A DNA stretch of 64,000 nucleotides from Protoeuglena noctilucae (taxonomy: Eukaryota): NCBI GenBank assembly GCA_958009085.1, contig OY253678.1, positions 186,001-250,000 on the forward strand, read 5' to 3'. A program made the translations under genes and the position numbers. Under the pieces are notes generated by a model. The model saw only the letters and a list, made by a program, of their open reading frames with translations. It was not told the DNA's origin and ran no database searches. Below are positions 51,273 through 62,121 of this stretch, piece by piece (the first letter of the stretch is position 1; each line of letters starts with the position of its first letter).

Positions 51273-52506
51273 GCTTGCCAACGCATCCTAGAAGCAGGCA
51301 ACACTTAGCGCCTCCTCACCCGGCCGCGGTGGTCGTGCTGTGCATTGGCACGTCTATCGGGCACTCAGGCTCGTCCTGGCACCATGAGCGGCTCCTCGCC
51401 GACTGCGTTCCCCCTCGTGCCTTGTCGGCCGCTGCCACCAGTCGGCAGGTTGGTCTCTGCGGCGAAGAAGGGCCCGTGTTGGTCCCTCCTTGCGCCATGC
51501 GCCACGCCCAGGCATCGCCATGGATCCGCCACAGTGACGCACCCTCGTCTCCAGGTAGCGCGCCGTACGGCCCACGCGCGCGACGCCGAGCGGACGCGGC
51601 AGGGCGCGGCAAGGGCGGAAGACAGTTAGGCAGCACATGGCGCGACCCGGGATCCAAACGACGCCCCTCGCGCAACCAGCCCCTCGGCCTCGAACTAGAT
51701 CTCAATGCGGCAGGCGACGACGAGCCCGACCGGCCGCGGGGTGCAGGAGCGCGTGCGCCGAGGCGACCGTGCAAGCGCAATCGCCGACTCGAGCTTTGAA
51801 GGCAAGATCCCTGAGACAGTACACGACGGCTCGCGCCGGAAATTGAGCCTCGCCGCGCCCCAGGCCGTGCTTTGGGCAGTGCGACAGGCCAAAGACCTGG
51901 CGTTGCAGGCCTGGTATTTTTTTTTGCCACCCATCGCCGGCCGCAGACCTCCACGCCTCGCAGACCACCCCACAGCGATTGTTTTCGGCGTGCAATGCTC
52001 GGCGGGCCGCCTCGCCCTCCTTTTTTTTTTGCTTGACCACGGGCGACAGCGGCCTACCGCTGGTATCGCACTAGCCGTTGCTTTGGTCACAGGTGACCCG
52101 TGAATGCGCTGCGTCAAACGCGAAGGAGTTAGGGAGGGACGGGGCTTAAGTCTCGCGGGTCGGGCCCCGCGACCCGGGGGCTCCCACGCGCCTCGGGTCT
52201 GCGATTTGTGATTATGTCGATAATTAGAACCGTTCAGGGGCACCCTTGGGTCAGAAGGGTCCCGAAATCACGCGGAAAGTTCCTCTCTCTCCAGCAGCGC
52301 CCCGCTTCGCCCGCGCCGGGTGGGGGCAGATTCGTTTTGCTTTGCCGCCTTGGCGCGCCGCTGTGACGCGGTGTGTCGGCCGGCTGGCGACCTGTGCCAA
52401 CAAGGCCCGTGCCGCGCCGCGTGACCGTGCGCTGCCGCGCCCTCCGCGGGGCATCGCGCGCAATCGATCGCGAGGCCTCTGCCGTGGCTCTCGGAGCTCA
52501 ACTATT

Positions 52507-55413
52507 ATGCTCCCTCTCGCCCGGTGCCGGCCCCACAGCGCTCAGGCCTGCGCCCCAACCCTCCCACAGGCCCCCGCCTTTGGCGCGTACGCGAGCGGCG
52601 TTTCCCCGGCTCCCCGGCAAGGCGGCCGCCGTGAGGAATCGCTGGGGGGACTGGTTGGCTCGGCGGGCAAGATGGCGCGGCCGGCGGGCGCCACGTCAGT
52701 GCTCCCGGCGGGCCCTCAGTGAGGAGCGCGGTGGCGCGGCGCGCCCGGGGCCCAGCGCGGTTGTCGCGCGCGCGCGGACGGTGTCTGCCCGCTTCTTTTC
52801 GAGAGATCGGGGCTGAGATGGGCCGTTTTTCCGGGATTGCGCGCAGGCATGCGCCTTGCGCCGGGCAGTCGTGGGCCCACCGGCGGGCCCCGGTCGCGCG
52901 ACACTTCCGCAACATCGGGTGGGTGTATCGCGAGACGCACCGGTCCGTCTAGCGGCAGCCGCCGACGCGCCGCAGGCAGGCCCGCACGCCCGTGCGGGCG
53001 GGCACCTACCTTGACGACGCCGAGTTCATCCCGGCGCCCTCCGCGACGCTGATTGACGAGCTGCAGGCGAGTGGCGCGTCGAGTCGAAACGACTCCTGGC
53101 CTTCTCCGAGAGGCAGGCAGGTGTGCGACGGCGCCTGGTGCCGGCCGTCCCCCGCAGCACATGCGGACGCAGTCGGACGAAGAGGTGTCCAACCGGCAGG
53201 AGGTGAAGACGGCAGAGGAGATCGACAGTGACTGCATACGATGGGGCCGCGCCCTCGCGCGGAGCAAGACAGGGATCCAGGACTACAACGAGACGGAGCG
53301 GGAGCTGGAGGACTTGGCCGCCAGGGGGCACAGCGTGCCCGTGTACGTGATGCTCCCGTTGGACGCCATTTGGCTGGAGGAGAAGGTGACGCGGTGGCCG
53401 CGCCGATGCTCCACGGCTTGCCGGGGGGTGCGTCTGCCCTCTGGACCCGTCTGGACCTGTGTTGCTGTGGTGGCCCGCAGAATGGCACTCCCTTGGGCAC
53501 GCTCTGGCCCGAGCTCAGCCGGGAGCGCATCCGCGGCATCCATTCGTACGTGAAGAGGTGCAAGGCTTTGCAAGTGGGCCTGCAAGCCATCAAGGCGGCG
53601 GGGGTGGAGGGCGTGATGGTGGACGTGTGGTGGGGCATCCGTGGAGAGGGAGGCCCCCGGCATGTATGACTTCAAGGCGTACAAGGAGCTCTTTAACATC
53701 ATCAAGAAGGCCGGGCTCAAGATCCAGGCCGTGATGAGCTTCCACGCGGCGGGGGGCAACGTCGGCGACACGTGCAAGGTGCCGCTGCCGGCGTGGGTGC
53801 TGGAGGTGGGCGAGCGCGACCCGGACGTCTTCTTCACCGACCGCGCCGGGGTGCGGAACCGGGAGAGCCTGAGCTTCGGGGTGGACGACGTCCCGCTGCT
53901 GGACGGCAAAACGCCCATTGAGGTGTACCAGGCGAGGCCGGGCGGGCGCAGGGGGCAGGGCGTGGGTGAGCGTGGCCTCTGCGGCAACCGAAGCGGACCA
54001 CCTCTCTCGCGTGCTCCCCCGCAGCGGTTCATGGAGCGGTTCGTGGACGAGTTTGAGGACATGATTGGGACGACCATCACGGAGATTACGGTGGGGATGG
54101 GCCCCGCGGGGGAGCTGCGGTACCCGGCGTACCCGGAAGGCGACGGGCGGTGGCGGTTCCCCGGTGTGGGGGAGTTCCAGTGCTATGACGCGTACATGCT
54201 CAAGAAGCTGCGGCAGGCGGCCAAGGACTTCGGGAGGCCGGAGTGGGGCCACGGGGGCCCGCACGATGCGGGGCACTACAATGCCAAGGCGTGGGACACG
54301 GGGTTCTTTGTGTCGGAGGGGGGGTCGTGGGACTCACCCTACGGCGCCTTCTTCCTGAAGTGGTACTCAAGTCTGCTGGTAGACCACTGCGACCGCATGC
54401 TGACGGCGGCCAACGAGGTGCTGGGGAAGCGCAACCTCCCCATGTCGGTGAGACGCGGGGGGGGGGGGGGCGTGGCATGGGCGCCGGTGTTAGAGCGGGT
54501 GCAGCTACCGCAACACCACGCCATCCCCGCCTGGTCTGATTTGCAGCTCCGGAGGGTGTCCTCGCTGGATGGCGACGTCAAGCTCTTCAGCTTTGCGTCC
54601 TCCTGCCACCTCGGGGTGAAGCTCCCGGGGGTGCACTGGTGGTTCAAGGCCAAGTCCCACGCCGCAGAGCTGACGGCTGGCTTCTACAACACGCGCGACC
54701 GCGACGGCTACGAGGAAGTTTTCAAGGCAAGCGCGGGCTCGCGCGGGGGCGTCGCCGGCTGGGCTGTGCTGGGGCCCCTGCGGAGCGGTGTCGGAGCCTG
54801 CGGGTGTCGGTTAGGATAACAGGCGCTGCGGCTGTTGCCCGCAGATCCTGGCCAAGCACGGGGCTCGCTTAAGCTTCACGTGCGTCGAGATGCGGGACCG
54901 CGAGCACGCCCCGGAGGCGCGCTGCTCCCCCGAGGGCCTCCTGCAGCAGATTTTGGAGCTGAGCGAGCGGCACAGCGTGGCGGTGGCGGGGGAGAATGCG
55001 CTGCAGCGGTATGACTACGAGGCATTCGATCGCATTATCCAGAGCGCCTTCGGCCAGGCGAGTGCAGCGCGACGGCCTGTGGATGGTTTGCGTGGCATCG
55101 CTGGAGGGGTCTTGGATGACTGACAATGCCCGCTCGGTTGGTCCCGCAGGCGGCTCAGAAGAACAGCCTGGCGCAGCTGACTTTCCTGCGCATGGGGGAC
55201 CTGATGTTCGACCAGTGGGACGCCTTCTCCAACTTCATATTACGGATGCGCAGGTGCGGGGTGGGGCCCGTGCGGGGCGGGGCCCTGGCGGGGCATGCTG
55301 CCCCAGAGACATGCGCGAGATGTGTCTCTGACGTTGCTCTTTCGCGCAGGATTCCGTTAGAACGCGCGAAGGCATTGGCTGAGCGGCAGAGGGCGAGCCA
55401 CCACGTAAACTAA
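52507..55413 (+). CDS. BAM: Beta-amylase (GH14), plastid-type, with an apparent +1 frameshift at 53640
   Basis: VPVYVMLPLD, GVMVDVWWGI(c)VERE, QAVMSFHAAGGNVGD, GPAGELRYP, PGVGEFQCYD, HAAELTAGFYNT, FTCVEM, AGENAL, TFLRM. Confidence 0.9.
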
Positions 55414-55817
55414 GACGCCGGCCTTTTGGTACTCTCGCCACCTCCTCCCGTAGCTACCAGTTCGATTTTAGGCACCGCTCCGCCTCTGCTGGGAATGTGA
55501 CCTGTTTTTGCCACCAGACCGAGCGCCAAGCTGTGTCGTGGTGGGTGACTCCCGATCGCCTTGCGCAGCTCGTCTCCCTCCCCGGCCTCCGCGCTGCAGC
55601 AGCCAGCTAGTCAAGCCGAGGAGCCCCGGCGTCGCGCATCCGAAGAGACGTCGCGACGCTGCGGCGGCAACCCCTCGCTTGCCCGCTGTGAAGCCCGCGT
55701 CATGCATGCGCATCACTGCACCGCTGCCTCCGTGTTGAAAGGAGCCATGGGCGCTGGGACCGATTCACTCGGCGTCAGCCTCGCTATGCAGACCCTGTGC
55801 CGCCCCGAGCCGCACCG

Positions 55818-56986
55818 CTAGAGCTTGAAGATGGCGTTTAGCTGACTCACGTGCAGGTGGACATCTCCCCGCCCCACGCTCAGCGCGCTCGCGTCGCCAG
55901 TCGCTTCCCACCGGAACTGCGGCACAGGAAGCGCGACGAGAATGCTCGCATGATTTACCCAATACACAACTCATGTGCGCATTAGTCCCCCTCAGAGAGG
56001 GCCCCGTCACCTCCGAGTCTGGCAAGGGGATGGCGAGGTTGGCGCAGACCTCTGCCTGGAAGTGATCGGTCACGCGGACCTTCTGCCGTACGTCGAAGCT
56101 GTTGCGGACCATGGAGAAGTTGTTGGAGCCACTGCAGAATAAGGGTAGGGGCGGTGCTGCTCCAGCGTGCACCAGGAGCTCTGCAGCACGTGTGCAGCCT
56201 GCCCATGAGTCCGTGCCTGTGGCTCACCTGTGGATGCCCAGCATCAGACGAGGGCGGAAGTCTCTGGCTTGCCGATCCAGCAGGGGCTGGTAGGACGCTC
56301 TGGCTTCCGCGGCCAGGCTGAAGGTCGTCGACAGCCCAGGAGCGGCGAGGGGAATCTCCTTCCGATAAACAATCTCCTGACACTGCAGAGGGGACCCCAG
56401 CTCGCTTGCCAAGGGCTCTCAAGGGATGTGGCCAGGGCAGCAAGACGCCATGGCAGGCGGGCGTCGCTCACGTCCGTGTTGAGGCCGATGGTTCCCCCGA
56501 GGATGGTCTCCTTGCACATCGCGTGGTAGCTCAGCTGCTTGGTCCTGACGTTGAAGTCCACGCCGAGCCGGACTTTCAGGGGATAGACGACCAGGGCCTG
56601 AACACGGGGGATCGTGGCGGATGACCCACCCCATCTGCGCACCATCGAGCCTAGTATTCCAGCGACTTGCCGCACCTTGCGCAATTTGATATTGTCTGGA
56701 GGCTTTGCCGACCACGTGAAGCGCAGACCCGGCGCGGTGGCCAGCATGCCCCGCGTCTCGACCGTCTGCACTTGGTCGCCCCTGCGCCGGGCATAAAAGG
56801 ATCCCAATGTGTCGTATATGTTAGTGACACATGGCGGGGTCCCTTTTTATGGCATGACGAGCGCAGGGCAGACAGCTCGGGGTGCTCAGGGCGGGCATGA
56901 CTTCACCGGCCCTGCGATGACCTCTGCGAATTCCTGGTCAGCCGGACGGCGGGCAGGAATCGGAACGCGCTTCCTTGGTCCGACAT
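55818..56986 (-). CDS. Uncharacterised beta-strand-rich protein, possible organellar outer-membrane beta-barrel
   Basis: In-frame spliced exons with alternating amphipathic strands (LKVRLGVDFN, LSYHAMCKE, FDVRQKVRVTDHFQAEVCANL) ending GDVHLHVSQLNAIFKL*. Confidence 0.55.
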
Positions 56987-57187
56987 CGTGGCTCGCTCAC
57001 GGTCTGGCCAGGCCAGGCGCAGCGGTGGGCACCGCTCAAGCGTGCTTTGGATTGCAAAGACTCTTTTATCGTTGACAGGGCGCGCTGAGGGCGGCTGGAC
57101 GCTGCTAGCCCTCTATACTAGCGCCCCTCTTTGTCGGCAGCCAACAACTCCAGATTGACTCGATGGCTCATGCGGTGTCGACGGGCG

Positions 57188-58233
57188 TCAGGACAGCGCC
57201 TGGACCAGCTCGTCGCACGTGTCTGTGAGGAGGTCCAGCACCTCCTCGAACCCCCGGCGCCCTCCATAATAAGGGTCGGGGATGGGCTTCCCCCGATGCT
57301 TGGTGCTGTAGTCGGTGATCAGGCGGACCTTGAGCGACAACTCCTCCCTCCGCGGGACTCCCAGCTTCCCCTGGGCCCTCCAGTGGTCCGCGGCCTCGTG
57401 GATGGCCGCAATGTTGGACGGGTCCATCGCCAGGATATGGTCGAATTCACCAAGGTCCGAGGGCTGCAAAGGCAGAGGGCCGCATCTGTGTCTGCCCTGG
57501 GCCCCTGAGCTCCAGCCACGGTGTGACGGCCTGCCTCCCATGGACACGTTGCGCACCTTGAGTGGACGCGAACGCGACCGGAGCGTGATCCCCCGCTCCT
57601 CAGCCGCCGCTCGCATCCGTGGGTCCGCAGGGTCCCCGACGTGGTACGAGAAACCGCCATCCATGTACCAGTCGTCGCTCCCTCCCCCGGTGCCGCACGA
57701 GTCAATCACATACTGCGCCGCTAGGCCCCTCTTCTCAACCACGTGCTGCATGACGGCTTCGGCGCTCGGCGACCGGCAAATGTTGCCAAGGCAGACGAAT
57801 AAGACGCGCGTCGGCCCCCCAGCGCTCGCCCCCCCTGTGGCCTTCACCTGAAAGCACGGCGGGGGCATTGCTTCTGCTATGACCATGGTCTCACCTCCTC
57901 AGATTTCGCCGTGCACCACAGCTCACCGAGGGTGTGGGCCGGGACGCGCTCAACAACCCCCGCATCATCGAAACCGACAGTACGCACGACACTTCTGGTC
58001 GATGAGCTCGCCATCACACCCACGGAAGGGTTCATCGCGTGGGTAACAAAGGACGCGGCGCATGGATCTGGTAGCCTCTGGCGTTTCGGGCAACGATCGC
58101 GATCGCAAGGGCGGAGGAGGAGCAGCAGTGTCGCAAAACATTTCACTGGCCGCGACGGCGTCCACGATAGGCGAGACAGGGACTCGCCCTCCGCCTTCAG
58201 AGACATGGCCACGGCAGCAAGCGCCCGCGCCAT
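57188..58233 (-). CDS. Low-molecular-weight protein tyrosine phosphatase with an N-terminal extension
   Basis: VLFVCLGNICRSPSAEAV, IDSCGTGGG..HVGDPADPRM, FDHILAMD, IPDPYYGG. The start is tentative. Confidence 0.92.
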
Positions 58234-58377
58234 CACCTGCCGTTCCCTGGTCGCCGTCCGAAACACAAGAAGGCCGTGCTGCGCCGCGCAATCGGTGCCG
58301 AGGGCTCTGGTGAGGCGAACGGGCCCCTCAACGTGCGTGACCCATCGCAGAGCTTTTGCGCCGATCTAAACGCGCGC

Positions 58378-61300
58378 ATGCGTAGCCGAGCATTCGAGGC
58401 GCTCGATACGGCTACACGCACTCTTTCAAGCGTACTCGGCGTTTCGCCCTCGCAGGTTCAGTCGCTGCGGGCCACCTGCGCGCCGAGGTGAGACGGGGAA
58501 TTGATGCACGCGGGACATGGCTTGATTCCGCATGGCCAACCCGCATCGTGTTTTACATGCAATGAATAATCCATCTGGCTGGTCTGAGCAACCGCCGCTT
58601 GCCTTGATGGACGCGCAGGAGGCCCCCGAGTACGCGCACCTTCGTCGCGTCGAGTGAGGTCGAAGAGATGGTGTCCAGCGGTGAGTGTTCGTCATGCGAA
58701 CAAAATGCGCGCCACTTATCTACCCTCTGAGGGTCTTGAAACCGGCGCCGTCTCTTGGGCCCGCAGATCCCAAGGTCAACGCGCTGCGGTCCGCAATGGC
58801 AGCCGCCAATGTCCAGGCCTTCATCGTGGTGGGCATGGGATGGGGTTCATCTCGCTCCCCGCTTCCTGCTCTTCGTAGCCTGCTGCTCGGATGCCTCTGC
58901 ATTCTGTGCCCGCAGCCCTCGGAGGACCCTCACATGTCCGAGTACGCCCCCTCGTGCTTTGCGCGCCGCGAGTTCATCTCCAAGTTCGACGGCTCCGCGG
59001 GGACTGCCGTGGTGTCCGCCGACAAGGCGATGCTGTGGACGGACGGGAGGTACTTCCTCCAGGCCACGCAGCAGCTGGGCCCCGCCTGGCAGCTCATGAA
59101 GGCGGGGATCAAGGGTGCGTGTGCCCTGGCGTGCGTGCTCGCTTGGGTCGTCTCGCATCGGCATCGAACAAAGCAACAGCTGTTTCTCCCTCACTAGCAG
59201 GCGTCCCGACGATCAAGGAGTGGCTGTGCCGGGAGCTCCCCGCCGGCAGCCGCGTGGGCATTGACCCGTACGTCCACACGCTCTTCGAAGCCAGCGAGCT
59301 CAAGGCCGCCCTGGAGGAGGCGGGCAAGATATTGGTGAGCGTGCACGGATTTGTGCTGCAGCGAGTCAACGGCGGCACCACCCTCTGACGACGGACCAAG
59401 GGAAGGGTGGGGAGGGTCGACATGTATGCTCCCAACCTATCCCCACTTTGCAGGTGCCGCTGGAGACCAACCCGGTGGACATCGCGTGGGGCGCCGACCG
59501 CCCGGCCCCTCCGACGAATAAGCTCCGGGTGCACCCCCTGAGCCTGGCTGGCGAGGCGGTGGCCGACAAGGGTGCGTTCGCACGCGGCATATCACAGGCA
59601 GTGACCGCGCTCGCTGCCCTTGCAGTGCCCGGCACAGCAAGCCCGTCTGCGTTTGGCCCGTCCCCCGCAGTGCGGCGCATGGCACAGGCGGCGGCGGAGA
59701 AGAAGGCGGACGGCGTCCTCGTCACCGCCCTGGACGAGGTCGCGTGGCTGCTGAACCTCCGCGGGGCCGACGTCGCTTTCAACCCCGTCTTCCTCTCCTA
59801 CGTCATCATCGCCGGTGAGGCGTGCTTAAGGGGACGTTGGGGTAGCGCGATGCCTGTTGTTGACGGTTCTTGGCGAGAGCCTCCTCGCCCCCGCATGGAC
59901 GCAGACGGCGCTGCCACCCTGTACGTGGATGCGGCCAAGCTGACGCCGGAGGTCTCGGCCCACCTGAACGAGGGCGGCGTGCGCGTCAAGGGCTACGAGG
60001 ACGGTAGGGGACGCCCTGGCAACAGCTGCCGCGCACCTGCAGGTGGCCGTCGCAGCCGCCTGCGTGATACGACCCCACTCGCCCCGCGTCGCCGCAGCCC
60101 TCGCCGACTTCCAGGCCCTGGCGCGTCAGGGCAAGCGCATCCTGGTGGACCCCAAGAAGGTGTCGTACGCCTTCGCCCGCGCGGCGATGGAGACGGACGA
60201 GGAGCGCAAGGCCAAGAAGCAGAAGGCGAGGGGACGGGCACTCGGGCGGCGGGTCAGGGCGCGCCACAGCTCTGGGCTGTCGTGTCCTGATGTGGGGCGG
60301 AGACTGGCCCTGCCCGCAGGTGGAGGATGGCGCGGCGTCGCCCCCCTCGTCTCTGGTGCAGGAGCCCAGCATCGTGAGCCTGGCCAAGGCCGTCAAGAAT
60401 CCCGTGGAGATGGATGGGATGCGCGAGGCGCACCTGCGCGACGCCGTGGCCCTCGCGTCGTTCTTCTGCTGGCTCGAAGGGGAGGTGGCCAAGGCGAGTG
60501 CGTGGCATGGCAGATGGCGTGCGTGTCGCCCTGCTGGAGGGACGGCGTGCACGCGTGGGGGGGGATGCCGCATTCAAGCAAGCCCTCTTCTCCCCGGCCA
60601 CTCTCGCAGGGCGCCAAGCTGGACGAGGTGGCCATTAGCGACAAGCTGCTGGGCTTCCGCCGCCAGCAGCCGGGCTTTATCGAGCCGTCCTTCCCCACCA
60701 TCGCGGGCGCGGACGCCAACGGCGCCATCATCCACTACCGGCCGGTCCTGGGGGAGAACAACAAGACCGTCAAGCAGGCGAGCGCAGGCAGGGCCACATC
60801 GCGAATGGCCTGGGCGGGGCACGCTGGACAGTTCCTGACTCCGCCCCATGAGTCCCTGTGCCCCAGGACACGATGCTGCTGGTGGACTCAGGCGGGCAGT
60901 ACGACTGCGGCACGACAGACGTGACGCGGACGGTCCACTTCGGCACCCCCACGGACAAGCAGCGCCGGGCCTTCACGGCGGTGCTCAAGGGCCACGTGGC
61001 GCTCGACGTGGCCGTGTTCCCGGAGGGCACCCCCGGCTTCTGCCTGGACACCCTGGCCCGCACGGGGCTCTGGGCTCTGGGCCTCGAGTACCGGTGACTG
61101 CGGGACAGGCTGGCAAGGTCTAGTGCAGGGGCGTGCGGGGGAAGTGAGGGCCTTCATCCGCGCACACTCGCAGGCACGGGACGGGCCACGGCGTGGGGGC
61201 CGCCCTGAACGTCCACGAGGGCCCGCAGTCCATCAGCCAGCGCTACACCATCACGCAGGGGCTCCTGGACGGCATGATCATGTCGAACGAGCCCGGGTAC

Positions 61301-61769
61301 TACGAGGACGGCGGGTTCGGCATCCGCATCGAGGTGCGCCTGCGACCCATGCGGCCTTGCAGAACCGCGGTAGAACCGCGCTGCTTGGGTCCTTGCCGTC
61401 CTCACACCCGTCCACTCGCTCCTGCGCAGAACCTCGTCATCGTCCAGGCCAAGGAGACGCCGTACAAGTTCGATCCCGCCATCAAGAGCCTGGGCTTCGA
61501 GAGGCTCACGATGCACCCCATCCAGAAGAAGCTGGTGGCCGTGGAGATGCTGTCCCCGGCTGAGCTCGAGGCGCGTGCTGGCGTGGTTCCCCTAGCAGCC
61601 GTCCGCTGCGGGTGGAGTGCGGCGTGACGACTGCGACGTCCACTCCCCGCCCTCGCAGTGGCTCTCGGCGTATCACCAGGAGATCCTCGACAAGGTGTCG
61701 GGCAGGATCGCGGACGCGGACGTCAAGGCGTGGCTGGAGCGCCAGTGCCGGGAGTGGACCAAGCATTGA
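58378..61769 (+). CDS. Xaa-Pro aminopeptidase P (XPNPEP1/APP family, M24)
   Basis: [95 protein letters not shown]. Confidence 0.95.
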
Positions 61770-62121
61770 AGCGAAGGGCGATCCTCGGGGCGAGGATCGG
61801 CTCCTTTGAAATTCCGAACACGCACGGCAGGGAAGGGAGGGTTGAGCTCACGATTGAGCCCGCGGGAGCGTGGGGACAGCCCGACATCTAGACGGTGCGA
61901 CTGGGGTCGGAAGAGTTCTAGAAATGCGCCACGGGGGCTACCATGCTGTCACGCGACACCACACGCTAGGGATACGCAACGATGAGACCATGAGCAGACA
62001 GCGGCGTGTCACTTCCCCATCTGGCTGCCCATGATTCCAAACTGAGTCATGCCGGACCGCGTCTTCTGCAAGCGCCGGGAGGGGTCGCGACGTGTGAGCT
62101 CGTGGCGCGTGGCGTGCATTT

